Origin: an uncultured candidate division Zixibacteria bacterium
Lineage (GTDB): Bacteria > Zixibacteria > MSB-5A5 > UBA10806
Reading direction: 5' to 3'
DNA: 64,000 bases
Assembly: GCA_963817915.1 (NCBI GenBank)
Contig: CAWFQL010000018.1
Location: 32,001 to 96,000 of the forward strand
Shown here: positions 55,953 to 64,000 of the stretch, one piece after another
How positions within the stretch are numbered: the stretch's first letter is position 1
Layout: every line of letters starts with the position of its first letter
Position numbers and translations under genes: made by a program
Notes under the pieces: model-generated
Seen by the model: the letters and a program-made list of their open reading frames with translations, nothing else
What the model was told of the DNA's origin: nothing
The model's database searches: none

Positions 55953-58900
55953 ATGTGGCGTCAAATGCTATTATTCGTATCTGTCCTTTCTTTAGTTGCG
56001 GTTGTAACGCCATCAATAGCTGTTCAGCCTCAGGTTTGCTTCACGGAAAATCAAGGCCAATACGGAGTGAATACGGTCTTTAAGGCTCATTCCGGGCCGG
56101 CGAATCTTTATTTTTGTCGCGATGAAGTTGTATATCTCTTAGGAAGGTATAAAAATGAGCCGGATAAATCGCAATCGTTTGCAAATATGCCTTTCAAGCA
56201 TGCAATGCCAAAATCGGAGATTGAGACGATTTATTTCAGGACAAAATTCATCGATGCTAATCCCAACGTAGAAATTGTGGGCTTCGATAGACTATCCTAC
56301 AAAAGCAATTTTTTCAAGGGAAACGATCAATCGTTGTGGCATACTGATGTACCAAGCTACGGTTCAATTGTTTATCGAAATATATATCAGGGTATTGACC
56401 TTAAATATACAGGCCGAGGATCTTCCGCGAAATACCAATTTGAATTAATGCCTGGAGCGGATCCTGGCCTAATAAAGATTGCCTATGACGGTATTGATCT
56501 ATTAAGCCTTAATTCGAATGGCGATCTCCAGATTCAAACATCCTTCGGGACTGTGATGGAGAAGGCTCCTGTTATTTATCAGGAAATTAATGGTACGAGA
56601 AACTCAATAGCGGGAAGATTCGATCTCATCGCTCCCGGCATTTTAGGTTTCAAAATTGATGGTATATATGATAGCTCGTTTCCACTGGTAATAGACCCGG
56701 AACTAATCTACAGCACCTATTTCGGAGGCTCGGGTACAGATTTAATTGCAGATATTTACGTGGATCCCCAGGGATATATTTATATTGTCGGCTGTACTGA
56801 TTCGCCTAATTTCCCTACCGAAAATCCATATGATCCTTCCAATAATGGTTCTTACGATGCCATATTATCTAAATTCTGGCCTGGCGGAGATTCACTCGTA
56901 TTTAGCACATATCTTGGGAGTTCCAGTCTGGATTACGCTACAGGCGTAGAAGTTGATCCTTCTGGCAATTGCTATGTCGCGGGCAGAACCGACGCGGATG
57001 ATTTCCCCACTATTAATGCTTTTGATCCCACATTCAACGGAAATTATGACACCTTTGTCACTAAACTAAGCCCCGAAGGGAATTCGCTTATCTACAGTAC
57101 ATTTATAGGCGGAGGTTCGGGAGATGGCGGCGATTTATGTTTTGGATTAGATATTGATAATTCGGGGCAGGCATATATCACCGGAATAACCGCGTCCGGC
57201 GACTTCCCTACCCTAAACGCCTATCAGTCGATTTTGCGTGGCGGAGATGATGTCTTTGTTACCGTATTATCGGCAAGCGGAACCTCGCTAATTTTCAGCA
57301 CATTTCTCGGTGGGACAATGTGGGGTGATTATGGGTCTGACATAGTCGTAGATTCTGAAGGAAATTCATATATCACGGGACAAACTGAATCGCAAGATTT
57401 CCCCACTTTAAATGCGTTTGATTCTACAGCCGGGGATTGTAAAGCAATTGTCGCGAAATTTTCGCCTTCTGGAAACCTGGAATTCTGCACTTTTCTTGGA
57501 GGTGAAATTGCCCGCCAATCAGGCGAAGCAATCGCCTTGGATAATGAGGGCAATATTTATGTTACGGGCAGCACGACGTCCAGGGATTTTCCTACAGTAA
57601 ATGCCTATAGCGGACATCTCAGAGCCGGTGATATTTTCGTAAGCAAATTTTCTCCATCCGGCCAAACACTTCTTTACAGCACATTATTGGGCGGTTGGTT
57701 CAATGAGGAAGCCCTTGGCATAGCAGTTGACGCCGATCAGAATGCTTATGTTGTGGGAATTACAAATTCAAATGATTTTCCCATGGTCAACGCAATTGAC
57801 GATCAATGTGAAGGCGAGGAAGCCGTGATTGTTAAATTGCCTACTACCAGAGGATGCGTCACCTTCAGCACATATCTTGGCGGATCGGGAGCAGATGGTG
57901 CCTCGACCGTGGCCCTTGACGCGCAGGGCAATGTTTGGCTGGCTGGAAATACCAATTCTCATAATTTCCCCATGATTAATCCTTTCGATCCTTCCTATAA
58001 TGACAGTTATGGGGAGAGTGACATATTTATTTCAGCATATCAAATAGGCGATGTCATCGCCAATCCCACAGGTTCGGTAGGTGGAATAGTTACCGATATT
58101 CAATCAAATCCATTAGAGGGAATTAGAATATTAGCCTCTGGTACCGGAAGGGAGGATACTACTGATGCGCAAGGAGCTTATAAGATAGAAAATTTATGTT
58201 CCGGCTATGCTGATATCCTGACAGCTGATTCACTTTATAATGATACTTTGATACTGGGAATTCCCGTTAATTCTAACGATGTCACCGTTCTCGATATTAC
58301 CTTACTATCCAGCGGCACTGTATCTGGATTTGTAACCGATACTCTGATGCATCCACTTGAAAATGCCGTAGTAACGCTGTGGGGTAATCCGCCGATATTT
58401 GATACCACTGATGTCTCGGGGGCATTTTCATTTAACGACCTTAGACCGGGGACATATGATAGCTTAAATTGCCGACGAGATCATTATTTTAGTACTCTCA
58501 TTGAAAATATTTCAGTACAACCGGGCGACCAAACGCTTATTCCCATAACGATGATCGGCAAACCTGAAAATGTCAGGATTTGGTTTGGAAACCCCTACGG
58601 CAGACCAATCAATGTTATGCCGGGCGATCAAGTTCCTATAGATGTTTATATTCAAACAGCAGACACGATTTATATCGGATATTACCTCGCAATTCAATTG
58701 GGCGCTATGACCAATTATATAACCGGATTTACAAGCGGAACGTATGGAGCTGTATATTATCCATTCTCAGGATGGGAGGATGCCATTTTTCGCGAACCAT
58801 TATATCCTCCCGATATACCTGATGGTTGGATCAGCCAGACGGTAGGCGGTTTTCAGTCTTACAATGGACCTCTTGGGCCGCCAATGCATTTTCCAGAACC

Positions 58901-59429
58901 CACAAAAATTGCGACATTTGTAGCAACAACTATTAATGATATGTCCCTTATTGGCGATACTGTCGAATGCCTGGGATCAGGTTTTTATCCTGGCGTTGGC
59001 TGGGGTACGATTGCATTTGATTCTTTGGGCATAAATGAATGTTTTGTTTATGATTATTATAGCCCGATCTGTTTTACTACTACGCATGATTATCGCCCCG
59101 GCGACGCCAATGGCAATGGAGTATTTAACGGGTTGGATGTGGTGTATGCCGTGAATTTCCTTAAAGGTACTGGTTCGCCGCCTCCATCGGGTATGGATTG
59201 CCCACCCCATAGCTTCCTGTATGCGGCTGCAGATGCTAATGGCAGTTGCAGTTTTAACGGTCTCGATGTGACATTTATGGTGCGATATTTTAAAGGAGAA
59301 ATTCCAAGTGCGCTTTATTGCTCCGATTGCCCGCCCTCAGGGCTGAATCCGCCGGGCTCGGCTCTACTACCCCCTCAAGGGTCATCTTCAAAAACGACTA
59401 TAAATGATAACGTTGGATCCGAAAAATAG
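55953..59429 (+). CDS. Secreted SBBP beta-propeller protein with two carboxypeptidase-regulatory-like domains, a possible cohesin-like domain and a C-terminal dockerin
   Basis: FTENQGQ N-terminal domain ending LVIDP. Seven STYLGG...D..GN.YV.G.T.S.DFPT blades. G.V.G.VTD....PLE repeats. Dockerin at ~59100-59300 followed by CSDCPP. Confidence 0.9.
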   Translation: MWRQMLLFVSVLSLVAVVTPSIAVQPQVCFTENQGQYGVNTVFKAHSGPANLYFCRDEVVYLLGRYKNEPDKSQSFANMPFKHAMPKSEIETIYFRTKFIDANPNVEIVGFDRLSYKSNFFKGNDQSLWHTDVPSYGSIVYRNIYQGIDLKYTGRGSSAKYQFELMPGADPGLIKIAYDGIDLLSLNSNGDLQIQTSFGTVMEKAPVIYQEINGTRNSIAGRFDLIAPGILGFKIDGIYDSSFPLVIDPELIYSTYFGGSGTDLIADIYVDPQGYIYIVGCTDSPNFPTENPYDPSNNGSYDAILSKFWPGGDSLVFSTYLGSSSLDYATGVEVDPSGNCYVAGRTDADDFPTINAFDPTFNGNYDTFVTKLSPEGNSLIYSTFIGGGSGDGGDLCFGLDIDNSGQAYITGITASGDFPTLNAYQSILRGGDDVFVTVLSASGTSLIFSTFLGGTMWGDYGSDIVVDSEGNSYITGQTESQDFPTLNAFDSTAGDCKAIVAKFSPSGNLEFCTFLGGEIARQSGEAIALDNEGNIYVTGSTTSRDFPTVNAYSGHLRAGDIFVSKFSPSGQTLLYSTLLGGWFNEEALGIAVDADQNAYVVGITNSNDFPMVNAIDDQCEGEEAVIVKLPTTRGCVTFSTYLGGSGADGASTVALDAQGNVWLAGNTNSHNFPMINPFDPSYNDSYGESDIFISAYQIGDVIANPTGSVGGIVTDIQSNPLEGIRILASGTGREDTTDAQGAYKIENLCSGYADILTADSLYNDTLILGIPVNSNDVTVLDITLLSSGTVSGFVTDTLMHPLENAVVTLWGNPPIFDTTDVSGAFSFNDLRPGTYDSLNCRRDHYFSTLIENISVQPGDQTLIPITMIGKPENVRIWFGNPYGRPINVMPGDQVPIDVYIQTADTIYIGYYLAIQLGAMTNYITGFTSGTYGAVYYPFSGWEDAIFREPLYPPDIPDGWISQTVGGFQSYNGPLGPPMHFPEPTKIATFVATTINDMSLIGDTVECLGSGFYPGVGWGTIAFDSLGINECFVYDYYSPICFTTTHDYRPGDANGNGVFNGLDVVYAVNFLKGTGSPPPSGMDCPPHSFLYAAADANGSCSFNGLDVTFMVRYFKGEIPSALYCSDCPPSGLNPPGSALLPPQGSSSKTTINDNVGSEK

Positions 59430-59443
59430 AGAAATACACAGAT

Positions 59444-59476
59444 AAAAAACCTGGCGGTATCTTAGTGCCGCCAGGT
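59444..59476. terminator. Terminator hairpin between convergent genes
   Basis: ACCTGGCGGTA...TGCCGCCAGGT stem with an A-run on its left side. Confidence 0.75.
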
Positions 59477-59582
59477 CTCCTGACCCAAAAGATCTAGAAA
59501 TGCCTTGTCATTCCGCTTTTGATGCGGAATTCATCTTTCCTATGAGTTACAGTTTGCCTAACCGCATCAAGCATTCGTTCAG

Positions 59583-60182
59583 CTATCTTGGCAAGAAAAA
59601 CGAAAATCCCATCGAGAAATTGATAATGGTGCCGTTTGCGGAGCTTGAACCTGGCCCGAGATACTGTCTCGAATCATCTGAATCAAAGCTTTGAGCATTG
59701 TAGTTCAATTCAACAAATGTACAAATCTCCTCCGAAAGCATGATGGCAGCTCCTCCACCAAGAGTTATCGTTGTCATCGATCCATACTCCAGGCTATTGT
59801 ATGTCAATGCCATGCGCATATAAGGATATAGTGTGCCTTTTCTGATTGAACTATAGGGATGCAAGTCGAAATAGTAACGCAATTCAGGTCCTACCCCCCA
59901 TGTATTGGAAACGTATCCCTCCTCAGAATATCTGCTGATTTCGAGTCGCCCGCCAATTGCCAGTCCCTTGGCTACAAATATTGCCATCATGGGGTCAATT
60001 GTCAAAATTGAGTACGGGTGCCCATTGGTAGGCACGTAAAGATCTCCACTATATCTGGAATAAGATAGCCCGCCTTCGAGCAGCGTATTTTTCCTATCAA
60101 TTGGGGAAGACTGGGCAAGTAACGGAATCACGGCGGCAAGAATTATTATTACTGTTAACGCCAAGAAGGATGATTTTTTCAT
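59583..60182 (-). CDS. Small outer-membrane beta-barrel protein
   Basis: Signal peptide, alternating amphipathic strands (GVGPELRYYF, LYPY, GGGAA) and an aromatic C-terminal strand FSMGFSFF. Confidence 0.8.
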   Translation of the reverse strand: MKKSSFLALTVIIILAAVIPLLAQSSPIDRKNTLLEGGLSYSRYSGDLYVPTNGHPYSILTIDPMMAIFVAKGLAIGGRLEISRYSEEGYVSNTWGVGPELRYYFDLHPYSSIRKGTLYPYMRMALTYNSLEYGSMTTITLGGGAAIMLSEEICTFVELNYNAQSFDSDDSRQYLGPGSSSANGTIINFSMGFSFFLPR

Positions 60183-60421
60183 TTTTTGCTCCAGGAATTT
60201 GGGTTAGGTTTTATCCATCAATTTTGCCGAATTAAATTGTTAATCTGAATCCATTTTAGCATTATGAGATAACAGCCGTCAATCCGAAAATGAATTCCCC
60301 CGCGGGAATAGGAACTACACTTTGATCTCATGTGTTGTTATGCCGCAGGGAAAAGTTATCTTCTCGCGGCATCTTGAATCTAATCCTGACGCTCGCTGCG
60401 ATACTCGTTCCTTATTATCCC

Positions 60422-60451
60422 TTGACGAAGTAGCGTCAATTGGATTATTTT
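60422..60451 (+). promoter_or_regulatory. Putative promoter of the tRNA-Leu locus (TTGACG-18-TATTTT)
   Basis: Immediately upstream of the tRNA 5' end at 60465. Confidence 0.5.
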
Positions 60452-60464
60452 GATAAGCTGTTGA

Positions 60465-60504
60465 GCGAAAGTGGCGGAACTGGCAGACGCGCTGGACTTA
60501 GGAT
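60465..60504 (+). tRNA. 5' half only of tRNA-Leu(TAG), truncated just after the anticodon loop
   Basis: GCGAAAG-TG-GCGGAACTGGCAGACGC-G-CTGGA-CTTAGGA-T gives the acceptor 5' strand, a Leu-type D arm, the anticodon stem 5' strand and the loop. The expected CCAG, variable arm, GGTTCGA T-loop and acceptor 3' strand are absent. Confidence 0.88.
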
Positions 60505-60580
60505 GCGACCGGGGGCTTTTTCTAACCCACCAAAACACATCGTATTATATTGTGATACATGGAATTATACGAATTTTCGT

Positions 60581-60641
60581 CTTGGCTCATTTTGGCCTAT
60601 TTTGGGTCATTTTGGCTCAGCTATAGACACTTTTTGGACAC
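60581..60641 (+). repeat. 4 x 10-bp tandem repeat (consensus TTTGGCTCAT) plus 2 x TRGACAC direct repeat
   Basis: CTTGGCTCAT TTTGGCCTAT TTTGGGTCAT TTTGGCTCAG (60581-60620). TAGACAC at 60624-60630 and TGGACAC at 60635-60641. Confidence 0.8.
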
Positions 60642-61157
60642 CAAAAGCAAATCAAACCTGCCAAATTGGCATAGCGTTTTCAATAGGATTTACATCGTGA
60701 TCTTATTCATATCATTTTTTAAAAAAATGGTAAGAATCAAACCAGTGCAGCAATTCTATCCTCAACTAGGACTTTGCTTAAGAAGTCTAGTTTTAGAAAG
60801 ACACGAGGCAAGATTAAGACTTGGATCTTGCTTGAATACAGGTGCATGCCATAAAAAGCTGCGAAGAATTAATAGGGCCGGCTTTCGGGTCATGAGCCGG
60901 ATGTCACTCCCTAATACGGGACAATACTAAATAATAAAAAATAACAAGGGCCAAGACTTACTCCTTGTCGTCTTTTCCGCTATTGTCCTGTTTTATCCCG
61001 TATGACAGAGTATTATTTTAGAAAACAAAAACCTGAACTTCCTTTTTGCATTGGCCAAAATGTAAAAAATATCTTCTCTACCAGAATGGATAGCCCGAAG
61101 CTGGCATCGATGTTTCCTGTTGATTTGAATGCAAAAGTGTGATTAATTCAATCTTAA

Positions 61158-63779
61158 TTGTCATTTCTTGGTAATCTGCTTAAGCGCGGAGATTATTTGA
61201 AAGATCATAATGGAAATTCCAGTTCGGAGCTGACCGAAGGCACAAAGGTCGGTAAATATCTGCTTGTTAATAAAATAGGCTCTGGCGGCATGGGTGATGT
61301 ATACCTTGCCGAGGATACTGATCTAAATCGCAAGGTTGCCCTCAAATTCCTTTCGTCATCTATTGCTTCTGATATTGATTGCAAGGCACGTTTTATACGG
61401 GAGGCCCAGGCGGCTGCCAAGCTCAATCATCCCAATATAGTTACTATATATGAAGTCAGTGAATTTAAGGGACGACCGTTCTTCGCTATGGAATATGTCG
61501 AGGGAGACTCTCTTAGGGATATTAGCGAGAAGCAAGACCTAACCCAGGCTCAAGTCATTGATATTGCTATTCAAATATGTGACGGTCTTCAAGAGGCCCA
61601 CGCTGCCGGGATTATTCACCGCGATATTAAGCCTTCCAATATTCTCGTTGATCAAAATAACCGCTGCAAATTGCTTGACTTCGGCCTGGCGGTTGTCCGA
61701 GGATGCGATCCTTTGACTAAGGATAAATCGACTTTGGGGACCGTTAGCTATATGTCACCTGAACAGATTTTGGGCAAGGAAATCGATAGCAGGGCAGACA
61801 TTTTTTCATTTGGTATCGTTTTGTATGAATTACTTAGCGGAGACCTTCCGTTCAACGGTGAGCATGACGCCGGCATGATGTATTCGATCGTAAATAGCGA
61901 CCCTATTCCCTTACAGAATATTATGCAAGATGCTTCACCGGAACTTGATAGTCTAATCAACCGTTTGCTGCAGAAATCCCCAGATGATCGTTTTCAATCA
62001 ATGGCAGACGTTGCTATCGAATTGAGAAGAATCAAAGGCGATACGTCGGCTCCCAGCCGGCTGTCAGCATCATCATCGACCAGCTCGCGAAGAAGTGTTA
62101 TCCGAAAGAAAATTTTGGGAATAATTATTCCGCTAATTGTAATTGGTATAGCTGCGCTATCCTATTTTATCTTTGCTTTCAACCCATCTAAATCCTCATT
62201 AAAACGAGTAGTTGTGGTACCATTCCAGAATCAGACAGGAGACGCTTCGCTTGATCCATTTGGACGTATGATCGCAGACTGGATATCGCAAGGACTTATT
62301 CAAACTAGATTGACCGAAGTCGTTTCTCCCGAAATAACACTCGGACCTGATGTTAATGAAGACATCCGTTCGATTGCCGGGAAATCAGGATCAAACGCTG
62401 TCGTAGCGGGTTCTTTTTATAGGATCGCAGACAAGATTCTGGTTCAGGCAAAAATTATGGATTCCAATAATAAGCTGCTTCAGGCAATTGAACCTATCGC
62501 GACTCCAGCCGAGAAAATGATGGATGCGGTTGAAGCAATCCGCAAAAGCGTGACTGGTGCATTTACCTTTGAGTTCAGCGAAAGATCTAAAGATATCAAA
62601 GCGATCGAAATAAAACCTCCATCTTACGAAGCCTATCAACAGTACTTTAGCGGAATTGACATATTTATTAAGAGCGCTGGCACCGAGGGGCTTGAGTTTT
62701 TCGACAGAGCCTATACCTTAGATACATTATTTGTTTCAGCCCTTTTGTACTCCTTTTCTGTCTATCAAAACCTTGGACTGAGGACTAAAGCTGATTCTGT
62801 GATACAGTTTTTAAACGCACGCCGCAGCCATCTTAACTCATTTCAGCAATTGTTGCTGGACGAAGGAATTAATGTGTTGTCCGGGGATCACGTCAAGGCT
62901 CTTATTATCGCCCGAGAATTGGCCGAAATTTCTCCAACGGATCTTTTTATTTATGGGTGGGGGCGTCAAGCGTATTTCGCAAATCACCCTCGGGAAGCGA
63001 TAAAGGCGTTTAAGAGAATTGATTTAGAATCATATTCTATGCACTGCTGGATTCCTTACTGGAATTTCCTTACCGCATCGTATCACACTCTGGGTGACTA
63101 TGAGAATGAAATTCAAGCTTCACAAATGTCCCGCAAACTGTATCCAAATGACATTTCCACATTGAGTGATGAGATGCGGGCTTTTGCCGCCATGGGGAAA
63201 TTCGATGGCGTAAGAGAATGTTTGACGATTTATGCAACTCTATTGAAACAGGATAATGCCGATTTGGTGGAATTTATGCGAACCGCCGCTGAGGAATTAC
63301 GAGCTCATGGATATGAGGATAGTTCAATGGCGATCTTTAATCAGGCAATCCTGTGTTTCGAGAGCTTGCCATCTGAGAATATGAAAACCCGGCGTCTAAG
63401 TTATGGAACTCTGCTTTATGAAGCTCGCCGATGGAAGGAAGCGAGAGGCGTTTTCGAAGAGCTCGAAAGTCGGCTTATGGATAGCCTGGACCTCCGCGGA
63501 GCCTGGCTTGGGACTTCAGCGGCCAGGCTTGGGGATGGCGAAAAGGCGCGCAAAGTCTCAAGGTGGCTCGACAATATCAAACGACCATTTCTTTATGGAG
63601 CCCCAACCTATAATCAGGCATGCATTGCAGCCATACTGGGTGAAAGAGAAAAGGCTGTTGAGCTTCTCAATGAAAGCTTATTACAGGGGTATAGCTATTT
63701 TGATGTACACATTGATATGGATTTTGAATCCTTGAGAGATTACCCGCCATTCAAGAATCTGATGTCACCAAAGGACTAA
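61158..63779 (+). CDS. Hanks-type Ser/Thr protein kinase with TM helix and TolB-N-like/TPR C-terminal region
   Basis: GSGGMGDVY, VALK, HRDIKPSN, DFGLA, GT..YMSPEQ, D.FSFG. TM segment ILGIIIPLIVIGIAALSYFIF, then VVVVPFQN.TGD and helical repeats. The start is uncertain. Confidence 0.93.
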   Translation: MSFLGNLLKRGDYLKDHNGNSSSELTEGTKVGKYLLVNKIGSGGMGDVYLAEDTDLNRKVALKFLSSSIASDIDCKARFIREAQAAAKLNHPNIVTIYEVSEFKGRPFFAMEYVEGDSLRDISEKQDLTQAQVIDIAIQICDGLQEAHAAGIIHRDIKPSNILVDQNNRCKLLDFGLAVVRGCDPLTKDKSTLGTVSYMSPEQILGKEIDSRADIFSFGIVLYELLSGDLPFNGEHDAGMMYSIVNSDPIPLQNIMQDASPELDSLINRLLQKSPDDRFQSMADVAIELRRIKGDTSAPSRLSASSSTSSRRSVIRKKILGIIIPLIVIGIAALSYFIFAFNPSKSSLKRVVVVPFQNQTGDASLDPFGRMIADWISQGLIQTRLTEVVSPEITLGPDVNEDIRSIAGKSGSNAVVAGSFYRIADKILVQAKIMDSNNKLLQAIEPIATPAEKMMDAVEAIRKSVTGAFTFEFSERSKDIKAIEIKPPSYEAYQQYFSGIDIFIKSAGTEGLEFFDRAYTLDTLFVSALLYSFSVYQNLGLRTKADSVIQFLNARRSHLNSFQQLLLDEGINVLSGDHVKALIIARELAEISPTDLFIYGWGRQAYFANHPREAIKAFKRIDLESYSMHCWIPYWNFLTASYHTLGDYENEIQASQMSRKLYPNDISTLSDEMRAFAAMGKFDGVRECLTIYATLLKQDNADLVEFMRTAAEELRAHGYEDSSMAIFNQAILCFESLPSENMKTRRLSYGTLLYEARRWKEARGVFEELESRLMDSLDLRGAWLGTSAARLGDGEKARKVSRWLDNIKRPFLYGAPTYNQACIAAILGEREKAVELLNESLLQGYSYFDVHIDMDFESLRDYPPFKNLMSPKD

Positions 63780-63802
63780 ATACTCCCGATACCCGATATG
63801 AC

Positions 63803-64000
63803 CTAGTCAGACACAATAATCTTGCGATCCACAACGATCTTATACCTTTTTACTTTGTTTGCCAGACCTTTGGGTGTTAGGCCCAATACTCGCGATGTTC
63901 GAAAGACGTTTCCCTTATTTTCTGTCAGCGCTTTTTTAATTATGGCTTTTTCAACATTCGCGACGGCGTCTTTTATCGTACCGTTAAATTCACTCATGCC
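63803..64000 (-). CDS. Fis-type HTH protein, possibly the C-terminus of a sigma54 activator extending beyond the window
   Basis: VEKAII.KAL....GNV..TSR.LGL....L..K..RY. The frame stays open to the window edge. Confidence 0.75.
   Translation of the reverse strand, partial: GMSEFNGTIKDAVANVEKAIIKKALTENKGNVFRTSRVLGLTPKGLANKVKRYKIVVDRKIIVSD

Larger units (their letters stand above)
60505..64000. mobile_element. Probable left part of an integrated element/genomic island inserted in tRNA-Leu
   Basis: tRNA homology is lost abruptly at the anticodon loop and short direct repeats follow. No integrase is visible in the window. Confidence 0.5.

Noticed and set aside
59510..60309. ATTCCGC-N7-GCGGAAT (59510-59530) and ATTCCC-CCGC-GGGAAT (~60294-60309) as CRISPR repeats
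   Set aside because: These are isolated dissimilar palindromes with no array. At most they are REP-like.
60440..60930. ORFs 60440-60700 and 60559-60930
   Set aside because: They overlap the tRNA fragment and the att-like repeats and show no RBS or protein motif.
60465..61157. Group I intron interrupting tRNA-Leu
   Set aside because: Known tRNA-Leu group I introns insert within the anticodon (UAA type). Here the break is after the loop, and neither a 3' exon nor an intron core was found.

Overview
Bacterial chromosomal window. The FlgD/T9SS-type C-terminal domains, GDANG...NGLDV dockerin tails and gene content suggest the FCB group, most likely a Zixibacteria-like lineage; this is an inference. 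The left third (1-22.9 kb) is a surface-protein cluster: a ~4,500-aa protein of ~47 Ig/cadherin-like domains ending in a dockerin, a cohesin-dockerin-CTD adaptor, a dockerin-bearing subtilase and a large Cys-rich dockerin protein. Two more proteins with the same dockerin class lie further right, a tri-cupredoxin and an SBBP propeller protein. Together they suggest a cellulosome-like but non-cellulolytic surface complex. The middle holds a GH35-like protein and a thyX-nrdJ operon with tandem NrdR boxes. Its 124-bp promoter/operator block is duplicated in inverted orientation (~90% identity) in front of a structured leader and a small HNH nuclease. Also present are an M28 peptidase, DUF4159/DUF4175/TPR genes, a DUF2723 glycosyltransferase, a PlpD-like patatin-Omp85 and housekeeping genes. 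The right end has a tRNA-Leu(TAG) cut off just after its anticodon loop, followed by att-arm-like repeats and a Ser/Thr kinase, probably the start of an integrated element. Eleven single-base frameshifts (10 insertions, 1 deletion) split otherwise intact genes and are most likely long-read consensus errors, so the split genes are reported as single CDSs.
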